Part shown: piece by piece, positions 18,832 to 27,565 of the stretch | Position numbering within the stretch: the stretch's first letter is position 1 | Layout of the letters: every line of letters begins with the position of its first letter | Assembly: GCA_037134495.1 (NCBI GenBank) | Contig: JBAXMC010000003.1 | Span: 1 to 33,150, forward strand | DNA length: 33,150 bases | Origin: Myxococcaceae bacterium | GTDB lineage: Bacteria; Myxococcota; UBA727; JABDBI01 | Reading direction: 5' to 3' | Notes under the pieces: model-generated | What the model saw: the letters and a program-made list of their open reading frames with translations, nothing else | The model's database searches: none | Told to the model about the DNA's origin: nothing | Made by a program: the position numbers and the translations under genes

Positions 18832-19200
18832 ATGATTCCGCGTCTTTTAAAATGGACCTTGGCAAGTATAATCGTTACAGGTCTCATATTTATTTCATGG
18901 CCAAAGTTTGAAGCATTCCAGTGCAGGTCGATTCAAAGCGAAGCCAAAGCACAGCTTAGTCATTTATATGAAGCCGAGCAATTTTACTTTGCCCACCATC
19001 ACAGCTATACTTCTTTAGAGATGCTCATCCAAGAAGGCCTAATTAAATCAAATGAAAAAAATTATACTTATAAAACTTCTTACTACGATGATAAAACTTT
19101 TGAAATTGTAGCCACGTCTAAAACCCTCAACCAAGATGTCTGGAGTATTAACCAGGCAGATCGACTCCAATCCATTAAAAATGCTTGCACCTTCAAATAA
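18832..19200 (+). CDS. Type IV pilin-like protein lacking the prepilin cleavage motif
   Basis: TM segment followed by PKF..FQCRSIQSEAKAQL..LYEAEQFYF, and DVWSIN near the C-terminus. Confidence 0.7.
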   Translation: MIPRLLKWTLASIIVTGLIFISWPKFEAFQCRSIQSEAKAQLSHLYEAEQFYFAHHHSYTSLEMLIQEGLIKSNEKNYTYKTSYYDDKTFEIVATSKTLNQDVWSINQADRLQSIKNACTFK

Positions 19201-20137
19201 AGTTGTCCAACGCTGGAAAATACCTGATTTCTTAAGCGGCATCCGCGCTGATCACTACTTGGTTCACCATGTAGGCCGTATCTCACGAAACAAAGCTCAG
19301 CGCATTATCGAATCTGGCGACTTTCGGTTAGAACACCAAATGCTCAAAGCGAGTAAGCGCCTCAAAGCAGGCGACCCTGTTGAACTTTGGCGCACGCCTC
19401 CTGATTCTCCCAAAATCGAAAATCTCAAAGTTTCCGTTTTGTATGAAGATAAGCGTTTTTTAGTCATCAATAAACCTGGAAATTTAGCCATACATCCAAC
19501 AGCGCGTTATTTGTATCAAACCCTCACGCACTGGCTAAAAACCAATTATCCTGGCGAACCCATTCACCCTTGTCACAGGCTCGATCGAGAAACCAGTGGC
19601 GTCTTAATTTGCACACGTGATTCCGAAACCGAGTCACTTATTAAACGCGCTTTTATGGCCGGCAAGATCGACAAAACTTACTGGGCCCTGGTTGAAGGTC
19701 GTCTCCCTAAACCCATTTCATGCAGTAGGCCTTTAGCTTTACAAGGCTCACGCGGCTTGGTGGGGATCAAGATGATCGAAGACCCAGAGGGCCTTGCTTG
19801 TCAAACAGACTTCACTCCCTTGCACTATGACCCGGTCTCCAATTGGAGCTTGGTTGAATGTACTCCAAAAACTGGACGTCAGCATCAGATTCGGGCTCAT
19901 TTGGCCTTGGAAGGCTACCCTATTGTAGGAGACAAACTCTATGGCATGGGCGAAGAATTTTTCGATGCTTACACAAAATACGAAGCCAATTTAAGTTCGC
20001 TCCCACTCCACCGCCAGGCTTTACATGCTAAACGAGTTTGCTTAGAGCTTGAGGGTAAAAAATATGCTTTTGAGGCAGAGAACCCATTCTTTGATGCATT
20101 TCGATTAGGCACAGCTCCTCTTGACAAAACATTGTAA
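19181..20137 (+). CDS. RluA/RluD-family pseudouridine synthase
   Basis: S4-like N-terminus, INKPGNLAIHP, HRLDRETSG, TGRQHQIRAH, PIVGDKLYG, RQALHA; probable ATG at 19181. Confidence 0.93.
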   Translation: MLAPSNKVVQRWKIPDFLSGIRADHYLVHHVGRISRNKAQRIIESGDFRLEHQMLKASKRLKAGDPVELWRTPPDSPKIENLKVSVLYEDKRFLVINKPGNLAIHPTARYLYQTLTHWLKTNYPGEPIHPCHRLDRETSGVLICTRDSETESLIKRAFMAGKIDKTYWALVEGRLPKPISCSRPLALQGSRGLVGIKMIEDPEGLACQTDFTPLHYDPVSNWSLVECTPKTGRQHQIRAHLALEGYPIVGDKLYGMGEEFFDAYTKYEANLSSLPLHRQALHAKRVCLELEGKKYAFEAENPFFDAFRLGTAPLDKTL

Positions 20138-20148
20138 AGTATTATTAT
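20121..20148 (+). promoter_or_regulatory. Sigma70-like promoter of the AAA-vWA-RCC1 operon (probably leaderless)
   Basis: TTGACA-N16-TATTAT, then 6 nt to ATG 20155; no SD. Confidence 0.6.
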
Positions 20149-20154
20149 TTCGCA

Positions 20155-21546
20155 ATGTTTAAAACAATATTTTCAATACTATTGCTAACCACTCCGGTTC
20201 TTGCTCAGAACTTATTTAAGCACGAAAATCTTAAGTATCAAGGTCTTACAGAGCATGGCCTCTCTGAACTTAAGCAGATTCGAGACGCTTTGCGCCAACG
20301 TTTTGGACTGTTTGAACAAGAGTTCAAAGGCCTCTCCAATATACACCATGCAGCCACAGTGGCTCGTATGGCTAAAGCCAACATGTTCTTGTACGGCCCT
20401 CCAGGTGGTGCTAAGTCCATGCTTATTCAGTGGCTTTTTTCTGGAGAAGCAGAACCAGCTTTTCAGGTCCAATTACATCAAATGATGAGCGAACAAGCTT
20501 TTATTGGTGGCCAAAACTTTGAAGCTGCCAAAGAAGGACGTTTCGTATTAAACACTGAAAGCAGTTTGGCTAATTTCAGAGTCGCTCTTTTGGACGAAGT
20601 AGAAAAAGGAAACCCTGCGACACTCGCAGCTCTATTGAGTCTATTAAACGAACGTAAAGTCTTGGCAGGTAATCAGGTATTTGACGCCAAAACAGAGACT
20701 GTTTTCGCAACCAGTAACGCAAACTTGCCTGAATTTTTTTTGCAGTTCCTAGAATCCGGTCAGCGTTCAACAGCCCCTGCTTTATTAAACCGATTCCAAT
20801 TTAAGGGTTTTATGTACAACTGGTTGTCAGCGAATGACCAAGCTGATTTGGATGCCAGACGCGAGAAAAAAGCACTTTGCAAAATTTTTGAGACTTGCGC
20901 TAACGATGCTGTTTTCTTAACACCTCATCAACTAGATTGGGAAAAAATGCGTTCTTTTGCAAAAGTACTTTTTGTGAAGAGCTCATTTTTTAACACTGCT
21001 TACAATGAAATGGCTAATTTGCTACGCGACTCTACCAACAATGCTGTACGTGAATCAGAACTCAAACATCAGAAAGATCGATATAACGAACCTTTCGTTT
21101 ATTTCCCATCTTGCGATTGGACTGAGCGTTTACGTCAGCAAATCCCAGATGCAGTGCAATACTCAGCACTGGTTGATTTCCTTTTATCATCTTGGGCTGA
21201 TGACGCAAATCTTGAGAAAATGACGCGTAAACAACGTGAACTCGGACCCTACTCTTTGTGGCGTGCTTTCTTGATTACGACAACGCCTGGACCAGGAAAA
21301 GCTCAGTTAGAGTTAGACGGCGAAAAAATGAATATTAATTTTGGAACGCTTATTAATGCAGAGAAAGCTAGAGACGTGCGTGAGCAACGCATGATCCAAA
21401 ACTTGCTTGATGAACAAAATCGATTTAAAAGTGTTTATGTAAGTTTGACTGAAAAGTTCCAAGAATCGATCAAAAATGCAGCCAAATTTAGTTCTAACTC
21501 AGATGAATCCAATCAAGACTTTGAATTTTTAGTCATGAAGAAATAA
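20155..21546 (+). CDS. RavA/MoxR-type AAA+ ATPase with N-terminal signal peptide
   Basis: Walker A GPPGGAKS, Walker B LLDEVEKG, LLSLLNERK, ATSN, ALLNRF; N-terminus MFKTIFSILLLTTPVLA-Q. Confidence 0.85.
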   Translation: MFKTIFSILLLTTPVLAQNLFKHENLKYQGLTEHGLSELKQIRDALRQRFGLFEQEFKGLSNIHHAATVARMAKANMFLYGPPGGAKSMLIQWLFSGEAEPAFQVQLHQMMSEQAFIGGQNFEAAKEGRFVLNTESSLANFRVALLDEVEKGNPATLAALLSLLNERKVLAGNQVFDAKTETVFATSNANLPEFFLQFLESGQRSTAPALLNRFQFKGFMYNWLSANDQADLDARREKKALCKIFETCANDAVFLTPHQLDWEKMRSFAKVLFVKSSFFNTAYNEMANLLRDSTNNAVRESELKHQKDRYNEPFVYFPSCDWTERLRQQIPDAVQYSALVDFLLSSWADDANLEKMTRKQRELGPYSLWRAFLITTTPGPGKAQLELDGEKMNINFGTLINAEKARDVREQRMIQNLLDEQNRFKSVYVSLTEKFQESIKNAAKFSSNSDESNQDFEFLVMKK

Positions 21547-21548
21547 TT

Positions 21549-24500
21549 ATGAAGAATTTTATCTTAATCTGGGCACTGGCCTTGCCAGTGCTTTCAAGTA
21601 CACCTGCCCAGCTGATCTCTCAGTATGAAAACGACTTGTTTCCATACACGGATCCGTTTGTTCGCGTTCAAAATCTTGAACAAGGTCAGTTGATTTTTGA
21701 CAAGCTCAAGACATTTAAGCCGTTAGCGCTTGTGTCTGATGCCCTGGTTACGTTTCATTCACGGTCTGTAGAACCAGATGCAAACATGATCCAGTTTGTG
21801 ATGGAGCAAACCGAAAAAGTGATTACTTCAAGCGGTTATAGCAAGCTAGAAAAGCAATCTAACTTGCTAGCTTTGTATTACTTGCGCGATTACTTAAGTC
21901 GTTTTGAACAAAAAGAAGCTGTCGATCGTGATGGTGTTCAAGCAGGCGAAAACAAGAAAAAACAGGATCCAAAGCATCCTGAGATGCCAGAAGAATATAA
22001 ACCAACCACCAAAGACACAGAAAAAGATAAGGAACCAGGCAGCAAGGATGAACAAGTTGTTATCTTAGAAACCAATTTTGCAACCCCTTATTTGGGTCAA
22101 CGAACTTATGCAGAAGTCGTTCGGCATGCTGCTGCGCCTTTTAAAAGCATTGAATTGCCTACACAATTGCCTACGCCAGAGGCTTATAAAAACACCGGCA
22201 AAGAAATGTCAGTCTACATGCTTGGTGAAACAGAAATCACATTGTTTATCCCTCCAGGATATGAACCCAGACAACCTGAAGATTCTCGCGCTCGAATTAC
22301 ACGAAGCTCCAAGGGTGCCTATCACTTAAAAGTTTCAGAAGTTCTGCTCTTGGTAACAATTCCACTACAACCAACAAGCTCCCATAACCTCAGCCCTGTT
22401 TTGCATGAAATCTACACAAGACCTGTTGGTTTTCTAGACTCAGAATGGCCAGCGTTAATTCGCAGTGATTTATTTGACAAGAAATTCTCAAATTCTTTAA
22501 CCACCGCAGAAGCTGTAAGTAAGCACTTGGCAACAAAATATCTATACAGTGTTGGAGCAAGACCAGAAACAGACCCTGTCGACGCCCTCAACGCCGGTGC
22601 TTTTCAGTGCGATATGGCAGCTTATTTAATGGTCGGCATTTTACGCGATGTTTACAAAATCCCATCTCGTGTTGTTTCAGGCTATCGCGCTAAAAAACAT
22701 GGCAATGGTAAAAATCAAAGAAGTTACTTGGTCTTGCCAGGTGATGCTCATGCTTGGGTAGAAGTCTATGACAATGGCATCTGGCGCCCCATGGATCCAA
22801 CGCCTATTCTAAAAGACAAAGAGAAAGAGGACGAAGAGAAAGGCGAAAAAGATGAATATTCAGATCGGGAATTGGAAGATCAGCCTAAACCTGAATCGAA
22901 AAACCTCACCCCTAACCCCTCTCCACCAAGTGGAGAGGGTAATAAATCTGAAACCAGCGCTGGGAATTCCACTTTATCTATGGATTCTGAAGAACTAGCC
23001 AGCATGTTAACGCTCGGATCTTTGGAACTAAACCCTTCTGAAGACAGCGATCCACTTAGAGACAGAGCCATTCGCGTATTGCTGCGTTTAATTTTGGACC
23101 CAAATCTAGACGGCGTCAAAACTTACGAAAGGCTTTATCAATCAAGACAGCTATTTTTATCTATCTCGGAGCTCAAAAGCTTGGTTCAAGAATTGCTGGT
23201 AATTCATGAGAAGAAGCACCCTAATCTAAAAACTTGGTTGGAAGATATTTTGGTCTTTTTAGACCAGCGTGATTTGCCCACCACTTATCAAAATATTTAT
23301 CGCATCAAAAAATCTTTAGAGCTTTATGCAAAGCTCTTGGACAAAAACATGCGCTACCCAAGCGAGTTATTGGACCAGTTAGACGGTATTTTGCGAGACA
23401 TCTATGGACTTTCACACAGTGATTCAGCCGAAATAGCCATGGTCGCTGAATTCTATGATTCACTGCCTTCTTTGGTTCAAACACTGCTTGCTCAGCAATA
23501 TGGACTGATTCGAGTAGGCCCCAATGCGCCAACCAAAGAAGTTGCGAGGCTTTTAAAAGGTGGAACTCTCAATGATCTTAAGTTATTGGCCATTTTATCG
23601 CCTCTGACAGAGTTTATTTTGAATTCAACCCCTCGACCAGAATTCGAAGAAGTCAGAACTTGGACTCGGGATTCACGGCGATTAATGGGCAATGATTTGT
23701 TACCTCTGAATAGATTTTCAGATCTAACACGTTCGCTCATTACCAAACCAGGTCAAGATCTAGAAAAAAACTTAAGAGAAGGCAACATCTATACTCGCAC
23801 ACATCGTCAACGAATCGATGTACCAACTGGGTTTGGTAAAGATGATGCAGAACGTATTACGATTGTTTTGTATGACACTTCAGGCAGTATGTATGGAGAC
23901 CCTGAGCGTTTCCAGGCCGGCCTCATTTCTGCGTTTACAGCACGTGCTTTGAGTGATTTGGCACCCAGCGGAGCACATCGACATCGTATTGTCTTGGTGC
24001 CTTTTGATGATAAACCTGGCAACCCTGTTAAAGTTACGAATACCCAAGAAGCGCTGGATATTATCCATAATTACCGTTCTAAATTAGCCAATACTGCTGG
24101 CGGAACTGATATTCAAGCAGCTTTGATTCAAGCAATGGCCTTGATTGCTGATGCTGAACGTCGTTCAGGAGAGCCGCTAGCTGCTGCCAATATTATTCTG
24201 ATGACAGATGGCCAGTCACCACTTGATATTCCTAAGTTGGCAGAAGCCAGAAGCGCTATTGACAGAACAACACCTCTACAAATCATGTTTGTGGCCATTG
24301 GAACCAGCAATGATGAGTTGGTTAAATTCGTACAAGATTCTGAAAAAGCAGGCATCGAGACGGGTTTTTATCGAGAGTTTAATTCGGGTCTCATGAGCGA
24401 ATATATGAAAAAAGCGGATGCGCCTCCCGCACAAGGCTCTGCGGATAAGATTTACACAGAGAAAACATCTAGAGATTTGAGTCCGCAAACTCGAAACAGT

Positions 24501-24848
24501 TTAATTCAGGCGCTGCAATTAATGTCTGAGTTTTCATTGCAAGTACAACAGGCTTCTACTTATACAGCTTCGCAAGAACATTTGAGAGCATTAGAAACCA
24601 GCACTTGGAGCAAACCCGAATCTGTTGCACGTCCGTTACAAGTCTGGATCCAAAATCTGCGTCGTATGGCTTATGGACAGGTATTTAGGTCAGATTTGCC
24701 ACTGAGAGCTCAAGTCGCAGATGATATCTGGAAGCACTTTGACAAACTCACAGGTGTTTCAATGCAGCATTTGAGCCAAAACGAGTGGACCGAATTAAAA
24801 CATTATTATTGCCACGCGGCTGCCCTAGGAGCTTTAGGATGCCCATAA
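21549..24848 (+). CDS. Signal-peptide-bearing transglutaminase-like + vWA (ViaA-like) domain protein
   Basis: Triad FQC...HAWVEVY...MDPTP with IPSRVVSGY; MIDAS DTSGSM, GGTDI, LMTDG; N-terminus MKNFILIWALALPVLS. Confidence 0.85.
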   Translation: MKNFILIWALALPVLSSTPAQLISQYENDLFPYTDPFVRVQNLEQGQLIFDKLKTFKPLALVSDALVTFHSRSVEPDANMIQFVMEQTEKVITSSGYSKLEKQSNLLALYYLRDYLSRFEQKEAVDRDGVQAGENKKKQDPKHPEMPEEYKPTTKDTEKDKEPGSKDEQVVILETNFATPYLGQRTYAEVVRHAAAPFKSIELPTQLPTPEAYKNTGKEMSVYMLGETEITLFIPPGYEPRQPEDSRARITRSSKGAYHLKVSEVLLLVTIPLQPTSSHNLSPVLHEIYTRPVGFLDSEWPALIRSDLFDKKFSNSLTTAEAVSKHLATKYLYSVGARPETDPVDALNAGAFQCDMAAYLMVGILRDVYKIPSRVVSGYRAKKHGNGKNQRSYLVLPGDAHAWVEVYDNGIWRPMDPTPILKDKEKEDEEKGEKDEYSDRELEDQPKPESKNLTPNPSPPSGEGNKSETSAGNSTLSMDSEELASMLTLGSLELNPSEDSDPLRDRAIRVLLRLILDPNLDGVKTYERLYQSRQLFLSISELKSLVQELLVIHEKKHPNLKTWLEDILVFLDQRDLPTTYQNIYRIKKSLELYAKLLDKNMRYPSELLDQLDGILRDIYGLSHSDSAEIAMVAEFYDSLPSLVQTLLAQQYGLIRVGPNAPTKEVARLLKGGTLNDLKLLAILSPLTEFILNSTPRPEFEEVRTWTRDSRRLMGNDLLPLNRFSDLTRSLITKPGQDLEKNLREGNIYTRTHRQRIDVPTGFGKDDAERITIVLYDTSGSMYGDPERFQAGLISAFTARALSDLAPSGAHRHRIVLVPFDDKPGNPVKVTNTQEALDIIHNYRSKLANTAGGTDIQAALIQAMALIADAERRSGEPLAAANIILMTDGQSPLDIPKLAEARSAIDRTTPLQIMFVAIGTSNDELVKFVQDSEKAGIETGFYREFNSGLMSEYMKKADAPPAQGSADKIYTEKTSRDLSPQTRNSLIQALQLMSEFSLQVQQASTYTASQEHLRALETSTWSKPESVARPLQVWIQNLRRMAYGQVFRSDLPLRAQVADDIWKHFDKLTGVSMQHLSQNEWTELKHYYCHAAALGALGCP
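22903..22939 (+). repeat. Intragenic palindromic repeat, copy 3 (encodes [12 protein letters not shown])
   Basis: 22901-22945 matches 8361-8405 at 43/45 nt. Confidence 0.95.
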
Positions 24849-26032
24849 TATTTTTATTCTTACTCAGTCTATCTCTTCAAGCCGAGCTCTCGCCCATAGA
24901 CAATTATTTTGGATTGATCGGTGAGCAGCTGGAACAAAAAATCCTGAACGATGAGCATTTATTGCGCATGATCGCTGCCGCTGAACAGGGCAAGATTATT
25001 AACCCGATTACAGAACAAGAAGCTGCGATTAATCTACAGCGAGCAGTTGCTAAGCAAGTTTTGGATCAAATTATTGAGGATTGCTCTGAGCACACGCGAA
25101 TTATCCCCTGGGCAACGGAGCGCCTCAGCGAGCAAGCACGCGAAGATAAAGAAAAGAAGCAAAAACAAGAAGAGACAAAGAAACCTTGGAAGGTTCAAAA
25201 AAATCAAAAATTAAGCTTAGGTCAATATTACACTTGCGCAATCACAGCGGAAGGTATCGCCAAATGCTGGGGATTTGATTACAGAGCTCAAACCATTGTT
25301 CCTGCTGATTTAGGCATCGTTCAGAGTATCTCTTCTGGCGCACAGCATAATTGTGCAATCACAACCCAACACGAAGTCAAATGCTGGGGAGATAATATTG
25401 CTGAACAGACAAATATCCCTTCCGATTTAGGCTTTGTTCAGAGTATTTCTGCTGGTCTGGATCATACTTGTGTCATCACAACTGAAGGAGCAGCCAAATG
25501 TTGGGGAACCATTATGTATGGTATAACAAAGATTCCACTAGATTTAGGCATCGTTCAAAGTATTTCCACTGGTGGATACTATACTTGCGCACTGACAGTC
25601 GAAGGAACAGTCCGATGCTGGGGAGATAAGGAAATGGATCAAAGCAAAGTTCCTGAAGACTTAGGCACCGCTCAAAGCATTGCCACTGCGAGTAATCATG
25701 CTTGCGTACTCACAGTTGCAGGAAGAATTAAATGTTGGGGAGACAACAGATACGGTCAAACTGATGTTCCAGCCGATTTAGAAACTGTTCAGAGTATTGC
25801 TTTAGGTTGGGGCCATACTTGCGCGGTCAAAAACGATGGCACAGTCAAATGCTGGGGAGATAATAGTGACGGTCAAACCCATGTCCCTCCAAATCTAGGA
25901 ATCGTTCAAAGTATCGCTGCTGGGGCAGATCACACTTGCGCCATCACAGCCGATAGCACACTCAGATGCTGGGGGAATAACGAAGTGGGTCAACTCAACG
26001 TCCCTGAAGGTTTAAGGGTAGCGGTGGATTAA
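24839..26032 (+). CDS. Secreted RCC1/BLIP-II-like repeat protein A (7 x 39 aa)
   Basis: ATG 24839 with AGGAG, overlapping the vWA gene stop; signal peptide ending SLQA; seven HTCA...KCWG repeats; 397 aa. Confidence 0.9.
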   Translation: MPIIFLFLLSLSLQAELSPIDNYFGLIGEQLEQKILNDEHLLRMIAAAEQGKIINPITEQEAAINLQRAVAKQVLDQIIEDCSEHTRIIPWATERLSEQAREDKEKKQKQEETKKPWKVQKNQKLSLGQYYTCAITAEGIAKCWGFDYRAQTIVPADLGIVQSISSGAQHNCAITTQHEVKCWGDNIAEQTNIPSDLGFVQSISAGLDHTCVITTEGAAKCWGTIMYGITKIPLDLGIVQSISTGGYYTCALTVEGTVRCWGDKEMDQSKVPEDLGTAQSIATASNHACVLTVAGRIKCWGDNRYGQTDVPADLETVQSIALGWGHTCAVKNDGTVKCWGDNSDGQTHVPPNLGIVQSIAAGADHTCAITADSTLRCWGNNEVGQLNVPEGLRVAVD

Positions 26033-26063
26033 TATCTCAAATGTATTGAACCCGGACAAAGAG

Positions 26064-26092
26064 TTGACAAATTATGGACTATGATGTATTAA
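26064..26092 (+). promoter_or_regulatory. Sigma70-like promoter of the antitoxin-mazF pair
   Basis: TTGACA-N17-TATTAA upstream of ATG 26108. Confidence 0.5.
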
Positions 26093-26107
26093 TTAATAGA
26101 GCTGACT

Positions 26108-26350
26108 ATGAATACGAATGCAAGAACAGTGAATGCGACCTTCTCTCTCCCGGTGGAGGTTTACACTCTTTTACATGGCTTCGTTGAAAAACGAGGTTTG
26201 AGTCGATTTGTCAGCGAAGCGATCCAAAACGCATTGCAGTCGAAACAGAATAATTTGCGCCAGGCTTATCTTGAAAATAACCAAGATGAATTGATGCAGC
26301 GTGAGTTGAAAGATTGGGATAATATACAGACAGAGGGGTGGGATGAGTGA
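26108..26350 (+). CDS. Putative antitoxin (ribbon-helix-helix, MazE-like role)
   Basis: ATFSLP...SRFVSEAI...LRQAY, acidic C-terminus; overlaps the toxin start. Confidence 0.8.
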   Translation: MNTNARTVNATFSLPVEVYTLLHGFVEKRGLSRFVSEAIQNALQSKQNNLRQAYLENNQDELMQRELKDWDNIQTEGWDE

Positions 26351-26678
26351 TTTTCCGAAAAGAGGCGATATTTACTCGGTTAATTTAGATCCAACGGTTG
26401 GCTCAGAAATCCAGAAAACGAGACCCGCTTTGGTTATCTCAAATGACGCTGGAAATGAACTCACTAGTCGTATTATCATAGCACCCATTACATCGTCGGC
26501 AGCCAAAAACTATCCTTTTCAGGTTGTGATTGAACTCAATGGTAAAGCAAGAAAAATATTATTGGATCAAATCCGGACAATTGATAAACAGAGACTCAAA
26601 AATAGAATAACGACTGTTTCTCGTTCAACCATGACTTTGGTTGAAAAGGCCATTAAGATTTCATTGGCTTTATCGTAG
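26343..26678 (+). CDS. mazF: PemK/MazF-family mRNA interferase toxin
   Basis: KRGDIYSVNLDPTVGSEIQKTRPALVIS, APITS, DQIRTIDKQRL. Confidence 0.93.
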   Translation: MSDFPKRGDIYSVNLDPTVGSEIQKTRPALVISNDAGNELTSRIIIAPITSSAAKNYPFQVVIELNGKARKILLDQIRTIDKQRLKNRITTVSRSTMTLVEKAIKISLALS

Positions 26679-26686
26679 GCAACCAC

Positions 26687-26732
26687 TACGGTCAAACCGA
26701 TGTCCCTGATGGTTTAAGGGTAGCGGTAGATT
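26687..26732 (+). repeat. Orphan copy of the RCC1 gene 3' end (YGQTDVPDGLRVAVD)
   Basis: Matches the ends of both RCC1 genes (GQLNVPEGLRVAVD at 25988-26029; YGQTNVPEGLRVAVD ending at 30433). Confidence 0.92.
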
Positions 26733-26796
26733 GGCCATCACGGTGTTTTTCATGAGCTGGCTTGTCTTAATTTCTTTGTTGTCATAGATAGGATAC

Positions 26797-27192
26797 ATGG
26801 GAATAGATATTCGTTGGCAACAACGGTTACAGAATTTTGAAAAGGCTTATGCAGAGCTTCATGCTGCTTGTCAGAGAAAAAAATATTCAAAACTTGAAAG
26901 AGGCGGTCTCATACAAGCATTTGAGTTCACTTTTGAATTGGCTTGGAAAACACTTCAGGATTTACTGATTAGTCGAGGTTACGAAGTACGTGGTCCAAGA
27001 CCTGTTATAGAGCAAGCATTTCAAGATGGTCTTATTGTAAAGGGCGAAGATTGGGCCAAAATGCTGCTTAGCCGAAATCTAACAGCACACACTTACAATC
27101 AAGATACAGCTGAAAATATCGCTCAATCAATTAAAGCACACTATGAACCTTTGTTTGGCGATCTCATCAAAAAACTGCATCAAGAGAAATAA
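26797..27192 (+). CDS. HEPN protein (HI0074-family nucleotidyltransferase substrate-binding protein)
   Basis: RWQQRLQNF, GLIQAFEFTFELAWK, RNLTAHTY (R-x4-H). Confidence 0.92.
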   Translation: MGIDIRWQQRLQNFEKAYAELHAACQRKKYSKLERGGLIQAFEFTFELAWKTLQDLLISRGYEVRGPRPVIEQAFQDGLIVKGEDWAKMLLSRNLTAHTYNQDTAENIAQSIKAHYEPLFGDLIKKLHQEK

Positions 27193-27199
27193 TAAAACC

Positions 27200-27499
27200 A
27201 TGCACTCTGGATTATCTCAGGCCGTATTTGAAAAAATTTGCCAAGCTTTAAAAAAGAATCCCAAGCTTAAGAAAGTCTACTTATTTGGTTCAAGAGCTAT
27301 GGGAAGGCACAAACCAGGTTCAGATATCGATTTAGCAGTAGATGGTATTGAACTGTCTTTTGATGATATTTTATCCATGAGATTGGATTTGGACCGTTTA
27401 ATGCTTCCCTATAAATTTGACATTGTGAACTATGCAGAAGCCGATCCGGCACTATTAGAGCATATCAAAAGGGTTGGCGTGGAAATAATCCACCTTTGA
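27200..27499 (+). CDS. Minimal nucleotidyltransferase (MNT)
   Basis: LFGSRAMG...GSDIDLAV, LPYKFDI, HIKRVG; probable ATG at 27200. Confidence 0.92.
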   Translation: MHSGLSQAVFEKICQALKKNPKLKKVYLFGSRAMGRHKPGSDIDLAVDGIELSFDDILSMRLDLDRLMLPYKFDIVNYAEADPALLEHIKRVGVEIIHL

Positions 27500-27502
27500 C
27501 TT

Positions 27503-27555
27503 TGACTATGAATACGAATGCAAAAACAGTGAATGCGACCTTCTCTCTCCCGGTG
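27503..27555 (+). repeat. Truncated duplicate of the antitoxin 5' end
   Basis: 52/53 nt identical to 26103-26155, exactly 1400 bp downstream. Confidence 0.95.
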
Positions 27556-27565
27556 ACTGAAGAAA

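Noticed and set aside
2105-22939. 37-bp palindromic repeats as a CRISPR array
   Set aside because: Copies are kilobases apart inside genes, with no spacers and no cas genes
26687-26732. Orphan RCC1 3' copy as a diversity-generating retroelement template repeat
   Set aside because: Differences from the gene ends are not adenine-specific, the copy is short, and there is no reverse transcriptase in the window
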